This document shows, piece after piece, positions 30,606 to 41,879 of a DNA stretch of 64,000 nucleotides. The notes beneath the pieces are model-generated. The model made no database searches, was not told the DNA's origin, and was given only the letters and a program-made list of their open reading frames with translations. The stretch lies in NCBI GenBank assembly GCA_965644315.1, contig CBFFRQ010000057.1, forward strand, positions 558,001 to 622,000, given 5' to 3'. This stretch comes from Caecitellus pseudoparvulus. Its lineage: Eukaryota; Protista; Bigyra: Bicosoecida. Both the position numbers and the translations under genes were made by a program. How positions within the stretch are numbered: position 1 is the first letter of the stretch; each line of letters opens with the position of its first letter.

Positions 30606-31349
30606 GTGTATGCTGGCAGGAATGAATCCAAACGCTCAAGGGCTGGGGAATGTGCCACACAAGACCAGGGAGCAGCACAACAAGCGGCCGTGCTAGCTGA
30701 ATGGTGGAGTAGTTTTTCTGAATTGACGTGGACCTGTGTGGGTCTTGGGGGAAGAAAGGCCAGGCCGCGGGGACCGGAACCTGCGAGCCCCCCCTTGACA
30801 CCCCTCACAACTGCCATGCGTGTCAGCTGAGTGGCCGGGCACCGGGGAGAGCCACCGCAATGGCCGGGGAAAGCTCCTGCCAAGCGACGCATTCCGGAGA
30901 AGGGGAGCGACTGCCGTAGCCTTGCTTGCCGTCGCTGCGTGTTTCTCGTCCCATCTCGGGATTGCTGATTCGTCGCGCCGCACTTACACTCGCTCCAACG
31001 CTCTTGAGCAGCTGCTCAGCCAGCACAGGAGAAAGGACCGAGTGGAGGCCGGTTCAAGCATGGAAGTGTACGTTTCACGCAGACGACTGTCCATTGAAGC
31101 CAAGAGCTGCGCTTGACGAGCGCTGCACTCTCCCAACGCACTCGCGGAAGCAGAAGTTCGACGCCAGTGCCGACCCCCCCTCCAGCCCCCTTCCGACCTG
31201 TCAGTGCCGGCAGAGGCAATGCAGGGCACTAAGGACAGATGCCGCTCCTCTCCACTTCAAAACCAACAAACCTCCGCCAGTCGCTCCCCATCGCGAGCTG
31301 TGCAGACTTGCACAGTGTTTGGCGGAACGTCGCAAGCGATTCGTTCAAC

Positions 31350-34300
31350 ATGGCCCGTTCCGCAGCCGCATTTCTGGCTTTTGCAGCCGCCGCTGCCTCC
31401 ACTGCCCTTGCCCGTGAGTGTACCGGGGTCAGTTTGTTAGGTTTACACCCCTTTTGAGGCCTGGCGATGCACCACGTGGGCCACTCTCTCTTCTTGCAGA
31501 GGTGCCGTTCAACAAGGCTGAATGTACCCAGAGCCAGCCAAGTGACGTGGCTGTCTCCCTGAGCCCGAACGGCAAGTGGAGCTGTGGGAAGTTCTCTCTG
31601 GGAGGTGGCGGGAATTTCGTGACTGTGCTGAAGGTGCCGCCTGCCCTCGACGGCGTCCGATTGCAGGTGTGTGAGCCATTCCAGGCAGATTCCACAGGCG
31701 TTCCTCGAGTGGCACACCGCGCCACTTTAATTGTTACAGGTGTACTTCTGGAACGATGGACTTGGTGGCGCGCCTGGACAGGCATTCTGGACACAGGGAG
31801 GGGCAGACTTTCTGCGTATCATCGGCAGCCGAAATGGACAGAAGGACACCCACGACCTGGGCACTGTGTACGATGCCCCCCGGTATCCTGCTGCATCCGA
31901 CCCGGTGCCTCTGAGCTACCTCTCAGGATGGACGGATGGCTTTGAGAACGACGGCGTGTACGCCTACTACGGCGAGACCAGCCTCTGCACCGGCAACAGC
32001 TACCTGTATGCGAATCACCCTGGGGGCACTGGCAACTTCCAAGGCAAGTTCCTCTACCGCTTCGTGGCGGCAGACGCCACTGGACCCGCCGCCACCATCG
32101 TGCCGTCGTCCAGTGTGGACGTCACTGCCGCCAGCTTGACTGAGGGGGGCTTTGTGACGGTGTCCAACTGGATGTCGCCTGGCTCCAGCATCACGGTGTC
32201 TGTGGATGACGAGTACGTGTCGGCGGGGTACGCCCTGAAGGGCTTCGAGTGGAAGGTTCAAGTTGATATCACTGGCCCTGGAGTTGTTGGCGACAGTAAT
32301 TTGGACTGGCAGCTGCCGCTGCCCACTGGCTACACTGCGTGGGCCCATGCCGACAAGTCGTACAACAACTCGGGAGGTGTGGGTGACCTGACGACGGGAG
32401 ACGGGCAGGCGCTGTACTACGACTACAGCTCAAACTCACCGTTGGACAAGTATCCGCCTTTCGGTCCAGCCAACCCTGATGTGACGTATGGCATTAACAA
32501 CCTCGTGAGCCGGAAGTGGGACGTGCCGCTGGATGTGGCGGCGGCGCCTGGCGCTGGCTTCGGGCACCTGGTGCTGACCCTGCCAGCCATCCAAAACTTC
32601 ACAGGCAGCATCAACAAGCCGTATAGGTGGTCCGACCAGGATAGCCCCTTCTGGAACGTCAACGTCACCCTCGTGCGTGTGGAGCGGTACCCCATGCTGG
32701 ACAGCCTGACTGACCTGGAGCTGCGCAACTACGACACGACGACGGCCCTGGACCACAGTGTGCAGGACACACAGGACCAGCAGCCCTTCGCGATCTTCCG
32801 TGTGAGCACACAGAGCCCGCTGTGGTGGCGCTTCGGCGTGGAGCTGTCGGGTGTGGAGACGCTGAACGTCCCAAACAGCCCCACCGAGACCTACAAGGAG
32901 GCGCCCCGCCCCAACGTGGAGGTGCAGGTGGTGTCAGACTGGAGCGGCAAGCGCGCCAACGGCTGGGGCGCAGTGGGCTGGACCAACAACAACGGCGGCG
33001 GCCCGCAGCAGGCGTCGTACGAGATGGAGCAGTTCAGTGGGACTGACCCCGGGACATCATGGGCGTGGATGGTGAACCAGTACTGGCGCCAGGGCGGCGT
33101 GAACCAGCACCTCATGAGCACGCTGCCGCCTCTGACGCCTGTGGGCACGCTGTGGTTCCTGGTGCGCATTTCAGCCACCCGTGCCGTGGACGCGGCGGGC
33201 GCCCCCAGCACATGCAGCAGTGACAACATCCGCATCGCCTCTGCCTCTGCGACATTTGACTCTGTGGCGGACCAGTGCAGTGACTACCTGGCCTGCACCG
33301 CCGACGCCAACCCCAACGCTGGGCAGGCGAGCCTGTCTGCCAACGCCAACGCGCGCCGCTTCTCGACGTGTGTGCTGCGCGAGGTGGCAGGCCCTGGGGG
33401 GAAGGCGGCCCCCGCCACGAAGTGTGTGGAGTGCCGCACTGACGACCACTGTGCTGGTGGGCAGTACTGCCACCTGGACGACGGCCTGTGTGGTGGCGGC
33501 ACGTACTGTGACACGACGTCTGCGCCGCTGTTTGGTCTGTGCCGGAGCAAGTCGCCCAACGTGCTGGGCAAGCAGTGCCGCCCCAACCTGGTGACCACTG
33601 ACTCCAACTCGCCACCCGTAAGCAGCGCCGTGTCGACGTCTGTGGTGTACCCAGGTGCTACGTCAGACAACAGCGTGATCGGGACGCCCCAGCAGGTGTC
33701 AGGCGTGCCGCTGGGCCCCAACGAGCTGTTTGTGGTGCAGGGCACTGCTGGCACCAACTTCACTGCCACGGGTGGGTACTGCGGGGAGTTCCTGTATGCA
33801 CCTCGCGTGACTGTGGGCGGGTACGTGTCCACTCCCCAGCGCGCCCGTGCGACGCTGTGGGAGGGCTTCTGCTCCCACGAGCAGGTGTGCCTGGAGTGTG
33901 AGCCGGGGGCGTCTGGGCTGGCGACGAAGAGCTACAACGGCAAGGTGTGCCGGAACGGGTACTTGGTGACGGCGGGCGACCCCATCGCGCAGGGCGTGGG
34001 GGACAAGAACCAGGTGACTGTGACGGTGAATCCAGGTGGGGGTGATGGTCCTGCGGGGAACGGGACATCAGGGGGTGATGATGGTGGTGGCTCCTCTAAC
34101 TCGGCTTCGAGCGATGCTGGCACCTCTGACGAGGCCGCCCGTGCTGACGATCTTCTCGCTGCTCTGCTCGCCATTTTGATCATTGGCTTGGCCATCCTGT
34201 TGCTCATGGCCGCATTGTTCATGTACTCTTCCGCCCAGCGGTATCGCAAGTCTGCAGGGCTCGCCAGCCTCAGCTGCTTGGAGGTGCTGTGCTGCTGTGG

Positions 34301-34490
34301 TGTGTGCAGCGAAGCTTCACCAGGTGCTGCCCGCCGCCGCACTGTGTCAGGTGCTGCCTCTGGGACCCGGGCCAAGTCTTTGTCCACTGCATCGCCTTTG
34401 GCAGCTGCCACCTCTGTGGAGATGCAGGCCAGCTCTGACACCTCTCGTGCCGAGCGCGTAGCAGGAGCATCCCAGCCGAACCAGGCTTGA
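31350..34490 (+). CDS. Type I membrane surface glycoprotein, tandem copy A (signal peptide, beta-rich ectodomain, Cys-rich region, TM helix, Cys cluster); two 5' introns
   Basis: Signal-like MARSAAAFLAFAAAAASTALA, then GT-AG introns. Cys-rich CVECRTDDHCAGGQYC and CSHEQVCLECEPG. TM LLAALLAILIIGLAILLLMAALFMY followed by RYRK and LCCCGVC. Strong C/G-ending codon bias. Confidence 0.85.
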
Positions 34491-34814
34491 TGAGCGAGAG
34501 CAACGCAGCGCATCAATGCATATACAGATGTGCAGTCAGTCGCGCGTGGCGGCACCAGCACGGGTGCGCTCTTGTGAGTGGGCTACATCCAGAGCCGTTG
34601 GCGAGGCACTGCACGCCCGCTACCCCTCCCTCACCGACCACTGTGACGATGCCCCCGTGCATGTCAGACCGATCTAGATTTAAAACTGTGCGCATCGCGT
34701 AGCATCTGGCTCCTGCTGACTCGCGCTGGACCTCCCACGCTCGGCTGCGTGTTGAGCCGCGGCCGAGAAGGTTTCATAGATCACCCAGAATCCGCACCTG
34801 TGACTTTTCAAAGG

Positions 34815-37800
34815 ATGGCCCGCTTCGCAACCGCAGTCTTGGCCCTTGTAGCCGCTACTGCTGCCACTGGCCTTGCTCGTAAGGCTGAAAGAGCTGTGCT
34901 TTGCCTGGTCTCCTCGCATCAAATCGCGTCCGCACCGCGCAGAAGTTTTGTTCAACGTTATGGAGGACTGCGTTCCCATGCCACCATCCCAAAGCCCCAC
35001 AGCAGCCTCTTTGAGCCCCAACGGCAAGTGGAGCTGCTGGGACGTCTCGCTTGGAGCGAATGAAAACAGACCCTTTGTGCTAGAGGTGCCGCCTGCCCTC
35101 GACGGCGTCCGCTTCCAGGTGCGTGAGCCAGTCCAGGCGGATTCCGTAGGCGTTCCGTGGGCGGCACACCGCCACACCTTGACTGGTACAGGTGTATTTC
35201 TGGAACAGGGAGCGAGCTGGACAAATCGGTAGCCCCATCTGGACCCCGGCCGCCGCAGACTTTCTGCGCATCATCGGCAGCCGAAACGGACAGAAGGACA
35301 CCAACGAGCTGGGCACTGGGTACAGTGCGCCTCGATACCCTGCTGCATCCGACCCGGTGCCTCTCAGCTACATTCCAGGATGGACGCCCAACCTAAAAGA
35401 CAACGGCGTGTACGCCTACTACGGCGAGACCAGCCTCTGCACCGGCAGCAACTACCTGTACGTGTCCCACCCTGGCGGCACTGGCAACTTCCAAGGCAAG
35501 TTCCTCTACCGCTTCGTCGCGGCAGACGCCACTGGACCCGCCGCCACCATCGTGCCGTCGTCCAGTGTGGACGTCACTGCTGCCAGCTTGACTGAGGGGG
35601 GCTTCGTGATGGTGTCCAACTGGATGTCGCCGGGCTCCAGCATCACGGTGTCTGTGGATGACGAGTACGTGTCTGCGGGGTACGCCCTGAAGGGCTTCGA
35701 GTGGAAGGTTCAGGTGTCGGCAAGAGGGTTAGCATCTATGGCGACCCCAGACCTGGACTGGCAGCTGCCGCTGCCCACTGGCTACACTGCGTGGGCCCAC
35801 GCCGACAAGTCGTACAACAACTCGGGGGGCGTGGGTGACCTGACGACGGGAGACGGTCAGGCGCTGTACTACGACTACAGCTCAAACTCACCGGCGAACA
35901 CGTATCCGCCTTTCGGTCCGGCCAACCCTGATGTGACGTATGGCATTAACAACATCGTGAGTCGGAAGTGGGACGTGCCGCTGGATGTGGCGGCGGCACC
36001 TGGCCCTGGCTTCGGGCACCTGGTGCTGACCCTGCCAGCCTTCCAACAAGTCGCCGGCACCGCACGTGTCCCACCAACATGGAACTGGCAGTGGACACCC
36101 TTCTGGAACGTCAACGTTACCCTCGTGCGTGTGGAGCGGTACCCCATGCTGGACAGCCTGACTGACCTGGAGCTGCGCAACTACGACACGACGACAGCCC
36201 TGGGCCACAGTGTGCAGGACACGGAGAACCAGAAGCCCTTCGCGATCTTCCGTGTGAGCACACAGAGCCCGCTGTGGTGGCGCTTCGGTGTGGAGCTGTC
36301 GGGTGTCGTGACGGAGAACGTCCCAAACAGCCCCCCCACCGAGACCTACAAGGAGGCGCCCCGCCCCAACGTGGAGGTGCAGGTGGTGTCAGACTGGAGC
36401 GGCAAGCGTGCCAACGGCTGGGGCGCAGTGGGCTGGACCAACAACAACGGCGGCGGCCCACAGCAGGCGTCGTACGAGATGGAGCAGTTCAGTGGGACTG
36501 ACCCCGGGACATCATGGGCGTGGATGGTGAACCAGTACTGGCGCCAGAGCGGCGTGAACCAGCACCTCATGAGCACCCTGCCGCCTCTGACGCCTGTGGG
36601 CACGCTGTGGTTCCTGGTGCGCATTTCAGCCACCCGTGCCGTGGACGCGGCGGGCACCCCCAGCACATGCAGCAGCGACTACATCCGCATCGCCTCTGCC
36701 GCTGCGACATTTGACTCTGTGGCGGACCAGTGCAGTGACTACCTGGCCTGCACCGCCGACGCCAACCCCAACGCTGGGCAGGCGAGCCTGTCTGCCAACG
36801 CCAACGCGCGCCGCTTCTCGACGTGTGTGCTGCGCGAGGTGGCAGGCCCTGGAGGGAAGGCGGCCCCCGCCACGAAGTGTGTGGAGTGCCGCACTGACGA
36901 CCACTGTGCTGGCGGGCAGTACTGCCACCTGGACGACGGCCTGTGCGGTGGCGGCACGTACTGTGACACGACGTCTGCGCCGCTGTTTGGTCTGTGCCGT
37001 AGCAAGTCGCCCAACGTGCTGGGCAAGCAGTGCCGCCCCAACCTGGTGACCACTGACGCCGGCTCACCACCCGTGAGCAGCGCTGTGTCAACGTCTGTGG
37101 CGTATCCAGGTGCAACGCCAGACAATGGCGTGATCGGGACGCCCCAGCAGGTGTCAGGTGTGCCGCTGGGCCCCAACGAGCTGTTTGTGGTGCAGGGCAC
37201 TGCTGGCACCAACTTCACTGCCACGGGTGGGTACTGCGGGGAGTTCCTGTATGCACCTCGTGTGACTGTGGGCGGGTACGTGTCCACTCCCCAGCGCGCC
37301 CGTGCGACGCTGTGGGAGGGCTTCTGCTCCCACGAGCAGGTGTGCCTGGAGTGTGAGCCGGGGGCGTCTGGGCTGGCGACGAAGAGCTACAACGGCAAGG
37401 TGTGCCGGAACGGGTACTTGGTGACGGCGGGCGACCCCATCGCGCAGGGCGTGGGGGACAAGAACCAGGTGACTGTGACGGTGAACCCAGGAGGGGGTGA
37501 TGGTCCTGCGGGGAACGGGACATCAGGTGGTGATGATGGTGGTGGGACGGCGGCTGCGCAGGCTGTGCAGGCGCAAGAGAGCCAGTCAAACCTCCTAACT
37601 GGACAGCTTGTCGTTACTCTGATTGCTGGTGGTGTGTTGTCAAGCTATTTCTTTGCGTTTCTGTACGCATCCGCTCAGCGGTACCGAAAATCAGTGGGCT
37701 TGCCCAGCTTGTCCTGCACTGAGGTGCTGTGCTTCTGTGGTATGCTGAGTGAGACGGCACAGACCCGTGGATCATCTCTTCGAAGCACGGATGCAAGCAT

Positions 37801-37933
37801 GGGCCGAACAAAATCTCTTTCCACAGCGTCTCCTTTGACGTCTGCCAGCCCGAATGCTGACTCGCAGCAAGGCGGCTCAAGCTCCCAGCAGCAGCGCGCG
37901 TCAGCAGCTGCTCAAGGCGCCAGTCTTGCCTAG
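34815..37933 (+). CDS. Type I membrane surface glycoprotein, tandem copy B (paralog of 31350..34490)
   Basis: Signal-like MARFATAVLALVAATAATGLA and the same intron positions as copy A. The ectodomain is largely near-identical to copy A; the TM segment and tail are diverged. Confidence 0.85.
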
Positions 37934-38281
37934 ATGAACCGTGCAACAGCATATGTGAAGTGAGAGCAGCTTTTGGGGTTGGACCACATGCGCTTGAATG
38001 CATGGGAAGCTGGCCTGTGCGCCTCCTTTCATGGCTATGCCGAGCTCATTCCTCTGGTTGCCCCCTCCTCCTGACACAGGCGAGACCACGGATTTCTAGC
38101 GCACAATTTTCATCCACAAGTCATTATCCACTCCCGAGCTGCATATTTTTTGGGTTGATTCTCTCGTGGCATTGCTGGTTTAGGCCAGCGTGGAGGATCG
38201 CGCCTGAAGGAAAGTGCGCCAGTGACGAGGTTCTTCCAGTTCAGGTGGTCGGCCGAAACGCAGCTCAAGATGGCTTGTGCC

Positions 38282-39014
38282 ATGTGGTCTAGAGTGCCAG
38301 AGGCAGTGCAGGCTGGGGCTAGCAGCGCCGTGAAGGAAGCCCAGTACAAGGCAGTGTCGAAAGCAATGCGGTGCGTGGAGTTCCCCGGCGTGGTGGGCTC
38401 GCCAGGGTTGGCACGCGTACTCTGCAAGTGCCACAGGCAATTCTTTGCGAAGTACGATCTGAGTCCAGAGGGGAGGATGACAACCATTGCCTCTTATCTG
38501 AACCTGGCCTTCGGCTACATGCTGTTTGTGGGCTTCTACGTTGTGAGGGGTACGCCGCTGGCCCAGGCGGAGCAGGCGCTGGTGTTGTGCAGCATGCCTT
38601 TCCCGCGGCGAAACCTTCACAGACCAAGATGTTCTGGAAGTGGGACCATACCAAGGGCCGTTGATTGCATGCGGCCAAATTGCTTTCGGGAAAGGGGTCT
38701 GCGGAGCCGCTGCCGCTCAGCGATGCACCCAAGTTGTGGACGATGTCACGAAGATCGAGAACTACATCGCGTGTGACGAGGAGACTCGATCGGAAATAGT
38801 TGTGCCTGTCACACACCCTGTGACGGGAGACCTGCACAGCGTCTTGGACATCGATAGCGCTTCAGTCGCCGCTTTTGATGAAGTGGATCGGGCTTGTCTT
38901 GAGCGCATTGTGCAAGAGTTCGTCTTCCAGCCCTCCACTATGGCGGCAGCATCACAGGCGCCCCCCGCCAAGCGAAAGGCAACTGATTCTTCTGCTGGGG
39001 CAGCGTCGGCTTAG
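38282..39014 (+). CDS. msrC: GAF-domain free methionine-(R)-sulfoxide reductase (fRMsr/MsrC), spliced
   Basis: FVGFYVV | intron | LEVGPYQGPLIACGQIAFGKGVCG...YIACDEETRSEIVVPV...VLDIDS...FDEVDRACLERIV. The start could instead be the ATG at 38270. Confidence 0.88.
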
Positions 39015-39232
39015 CTGTCAGCCGTTCACAGTGGGGCGTGATGTGTGTCGGCTGAGGCTTGCGCAAGGCCAGCTGGCAAGCAATTCATACCTTCACGAAA
39101 CCAAGTGGAAGCGGCTTCCACACACGAAAGTGCACTTCACCATGTCCTCTCCTGCATCCCAAAGTTGAAGGCTGCGTCCGCCTTCCTTGGCTACTTTGTT
39201 GGACGGTCGCGTTTCACCTGCGTTTCAGCGAC

Positions 39233-41794
39233 ATGCAGCGACGCCCCCGTTCTTCGCAGCACGGTGCGCCGTACAGGGCTCCTGGTCGCCCTCGCTCGAG
39301 AGCAAAGTGTGTCCTTCAGTGTTCTCCATTTAAAGCACTGGCATGCTTTGTCATGTGCACGCTCTGTGTCGTTCTCGTGCGCTTCGCGGGGAGCTCTGGA
39401 TCTGGCGCTTCCCTACGCTCATCTCATGTCGGGCTCGTTCGCCACGTGGCCCAGATGTTCACGACTGGGGTGGACACTGCCTTCCATGACATGAGGCTTG
39501 CTGCAGGTGGATCGGCTGTCTTCCCTGGTCCCGCTGCAGCTGCCATCCTCAGGCAGGCCGATGAGCCTTGGGAGCTGCCTTTGGCTGGCCTGCCGTCGCG
39601 CTTCCAAGCAGGACCCGGCACGCTCTCAGTGGTGCTTCTGCTTGGAGGCGGATCCTTTCCGCTCCCTCATCAAGTACAGGGGGCTGGATATGCACCTGCC
39701 CCTGCGTTTCTTTGTGGTCGTGGCTCTGCAGCTTTCAACGTGAGCAATGGGCTAGCGGCATCTGATGCTGCGCTGCGGGCCATTGTGAAAGACCAGTCCC
39801 AGCCGCACCTCCAGCTGGCCAGGAGCTTGTGCAGTTTGGATACTCCGCTGGAGGTCATGCCGATAGCACCTACTGTCCAGGGCACTTTCACTGATGTGCT
39901 TGACGGGCTGCTGGCACTCGCGGTCGCCCGTCGCATTCGGTCGCGTGGCGGCTGCGGAGGGGGCGCCCCCCACAGCCTGTGCTCTGTGAATGGCACCCCT
40001 CTTGAAGATTTCGATGTGGAGGGGCTGTTCACTCGGCGGCCAGTTGCTCAGCATGCGCCCAGCGGGGAGCAGTCAGGCACGGCTCGCGCCACTGTCGTAC
40101 CAGGCACGTGGCAGTGGCACAGCGCCGTGAGGGATGCAGGGCCCTTGCTTTCGAGGGTTGGTAGAAGTTGGCAAGCAGAGGCCAACACCCGTGTGGAGAC
40201 AGTGGCTCTGCTCCTGGCGTTCTCAGATGCAGGGGATTTGAGCCTTGCCCGCCTGGCTGAGTTGCAGGCCGGCTTGGCAGGCATGGAAACCCGCATTGGG
40301 TACGCCTCGGGGTGTGCTGTGCCCGGTATGGGAGGGGGCCAGGATGAACACCCTGCCCATGCGCCTGTGCAGGGCTCAACGCCAGGGCCTGCTCGCAGCG
40401 ACCTGCAGGGTGCCTGGCGCCGCGCACCCCACAGTCTGCGCCTGCAGACTGCAGTGTGTGCGGGGCTGGCGGAGGATGCTGGACTGCATGCGCTGCGTCA
40501 GGCGTCTGAAGACACACATGGCGCCTTTGTCCCAGTTGTTCTGCCGTACTTGCAGGCACTGCTGCACTGGGGTGCGCTGCGCCATGGGCTGGGGGAGGTG
40601 GCTGCCGTGGCAGCCCGAGTGTGGCCAGCCCTGGCGGCAAGCAGTGGAGGGGCAAGCCCGCGTGCAGCGTTCCGCAGGTCCCTACAGCACCTGACTGCGT
40701 GGGTGCCTGGGTTGCTGCCCCTCCTGCACGCCGTGCTGCCGTTGGGCATGGCGGGGGATGTGTTGCCTGGCCACCATCCGGCTCCCGAGCCGAGCCTTCG
40801 CCTCCCCACAGCCTTACGTGTCTTCCACCTCCCAGGCGCCTCCACCGACGCTGTGTGGGACTCCCTGCAGGCGGCAGTGGCCTCAGCCCCCCTGCATGCT
40901 GTGTGGCTGCAGGTGGGGCGGGCCGGCCAGGTTGCCGGACTGGGCGCCCGCGCACCCGGCAACCTGGCCAGCTCCGCGCCGCCAGCCCACGTCAAGGAGC
41001 TGGATGCTATTGCCGCAGCAACATTCGTGGCTGCAGGGGACGCCATTGACATCACCACCGCCGCCACGGCCGAATACTTCCGTTGTGCTCACCCGTCTGC
41101 AGCCTGCCCGCTCGCTGGGCTACGCAGCGTGGCTAGCTGGGCGGCAGAGACACATTCCGCGCCCCCGTCTCCCGTCTCCAGAGTGCTACAGTGCAATGAC
41201 GTCGACGGGGCACGGCTGCCTGGCGGCGTGTCCCCGGCTTGGCCACACGCAGGCGCCTTCGCAGCCTGCTGCGGCAGCGGTGGGGCGGCGGACACAGCGG
41301 CTTCCTTCCAGTGCCCAGGCAGCGTCGGCGGCGCACTGCAGTGCCACCAGCTGAACGATGACTGGTGTGACTGCGCAGGGTGTGAGGATGAGCCGGGCAC
41401 GGCTGCCGCGGGGCCGCACCACACCGCCCCCTTCCACTGCCTGGCGGGGCGGGCCGCCGCTCACGACGGCGCACTGCCGCTGGCTCTGAACCCTGCCGGG
41501 TCTGCCTGGCGCCTGCCGTCTCTGCACCTTGCCAGCAAGGGGGGCGGGGCGGGCGCGCCTGGCCAGGCGCAGGCAGGCGCCCCGCGCGGCTCGGACGCCA
41601 TCCCTCGCAGCGCCGTGCAGGACGGCGTGTGTGACTGCGCGGGGTGTGAGGAGGAGGTGGAGGCCCCCTGCCCAGGGTGCGCCCCAACAGTGCAGTTTGC
41701 TGAGGTTGACGTGCACGCTGTGTGGAGGGGGCCGGGGCGTGCGTCGCGGCAGCGCAGCGGCTTCCTTGGCTGGCTGGGTGTGGGCGGTGGGTAG
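39233..41794 (+). CDS. Putative type II membrane protein with a C-terminal PRKCSH/glucosidase II beta-like (LDLa-like) Cys-rich domain
   Basis: Basic N-terminus followed by hydrophobic ALACFVMCTLCVVLV. C-terminal LNDDWCDCAGCEDEPGTAA...FHC...IPRSAVQDGVCDC. Confidence 0.62.
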   Translation: MQRRPRSSQHGAPYRAPGRPRSRAKCVLQCSPFKALACFVMCTLCVVLVRFAGSSGSGASLRSSHVGLVRHVAQMFTTGVDTAFHDMRLAAGGSAVFPGPAAAAILRQADEPWELPLAGLPSRFQAGPGTLSVVLLLGGGSFPLPHQVQGAGYAPAPAFLCGRGSAAFNVSNGLAASDAALRAIVKDQSQPHLQLARSLCSLDTPLEVMPIAPTVQGTFTDVLDGLLALAVARRIRSRGGCGGGAPHSLCSVNGTPLEDFDVEGLFTRRPVAQHAPSGEQSGTARATVVPGTWQWHSAVRDAGPLLSRVGRSWQAEANTRVETVALLLAFSDAGDLSLARLAELQAGLAGMETRIGYASGCAVPGMGGGQDEHPAHAPVQGSTPGPARSDLQGAWRRAPHSLRLQTAVCAGLAEDAGLHALRQASEDTHGAFVPVVLPYLQALLHWGALRHGLGEVAAVAARVWPALAASSGGASPRAAFRRSLQHLTAWVPGLLPLLHAVLPLGMAGDVLPGHHPAPEPSLRLPTALRVFHLPGASTDAVWDSLQAAVASAPLHAVWLQVGRAGQVAGLGARAPGNLASSAPPAHVKELDAIAAATFVAAGDAIDITTAATAEYFRCAHPSAACPLAGLRSVASWAAETHSAPPSPVSRVLQCNDVDGARLPGGVSPAWPHAGAFAACCGSGGAADTAASFQCPGSVGGALQCHQLNDDWCDCAGCEDEPGTAAAGPHHTAPFHCLAGRAAAHDGALPLALNPAGSAWRLPSLHLASKGGGAGAPGQAQAGAPRGSDAIPRSAVQDGVCDCAGCEEEVEAPCPGCAPTVQFAEVDVHAVWRGPGRASRQRSGFLGWLGVGGG

Positions 41795-41879
41795 CTGTCG
41801 GCCCACTGCCAGTGTAAATTCAAACCTGCTCGAACCACGCCCGCTTCAGTTCTGCACGTGCAGGCCCAGGGTGTTCACG

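Larger units (their letters stand above)
31350..37933 (+). repeat. Direct tandem gene duplication, period about 3.45 kb
   Basis: Long near-identical nucleotide tracts (for example about 32880-34085 versus 36340-37545). The second introns are also recognisably homologous. Confidence 0.95.

Noticed and set aside
30606-31349. Largest intergenic gap, with short ORFs; considered as an ncRNA, small gene or mobile element
   Set aside because: No tRNA fold, terminal repeats or coding signature are visible. It is most simply a divergent promoter region.
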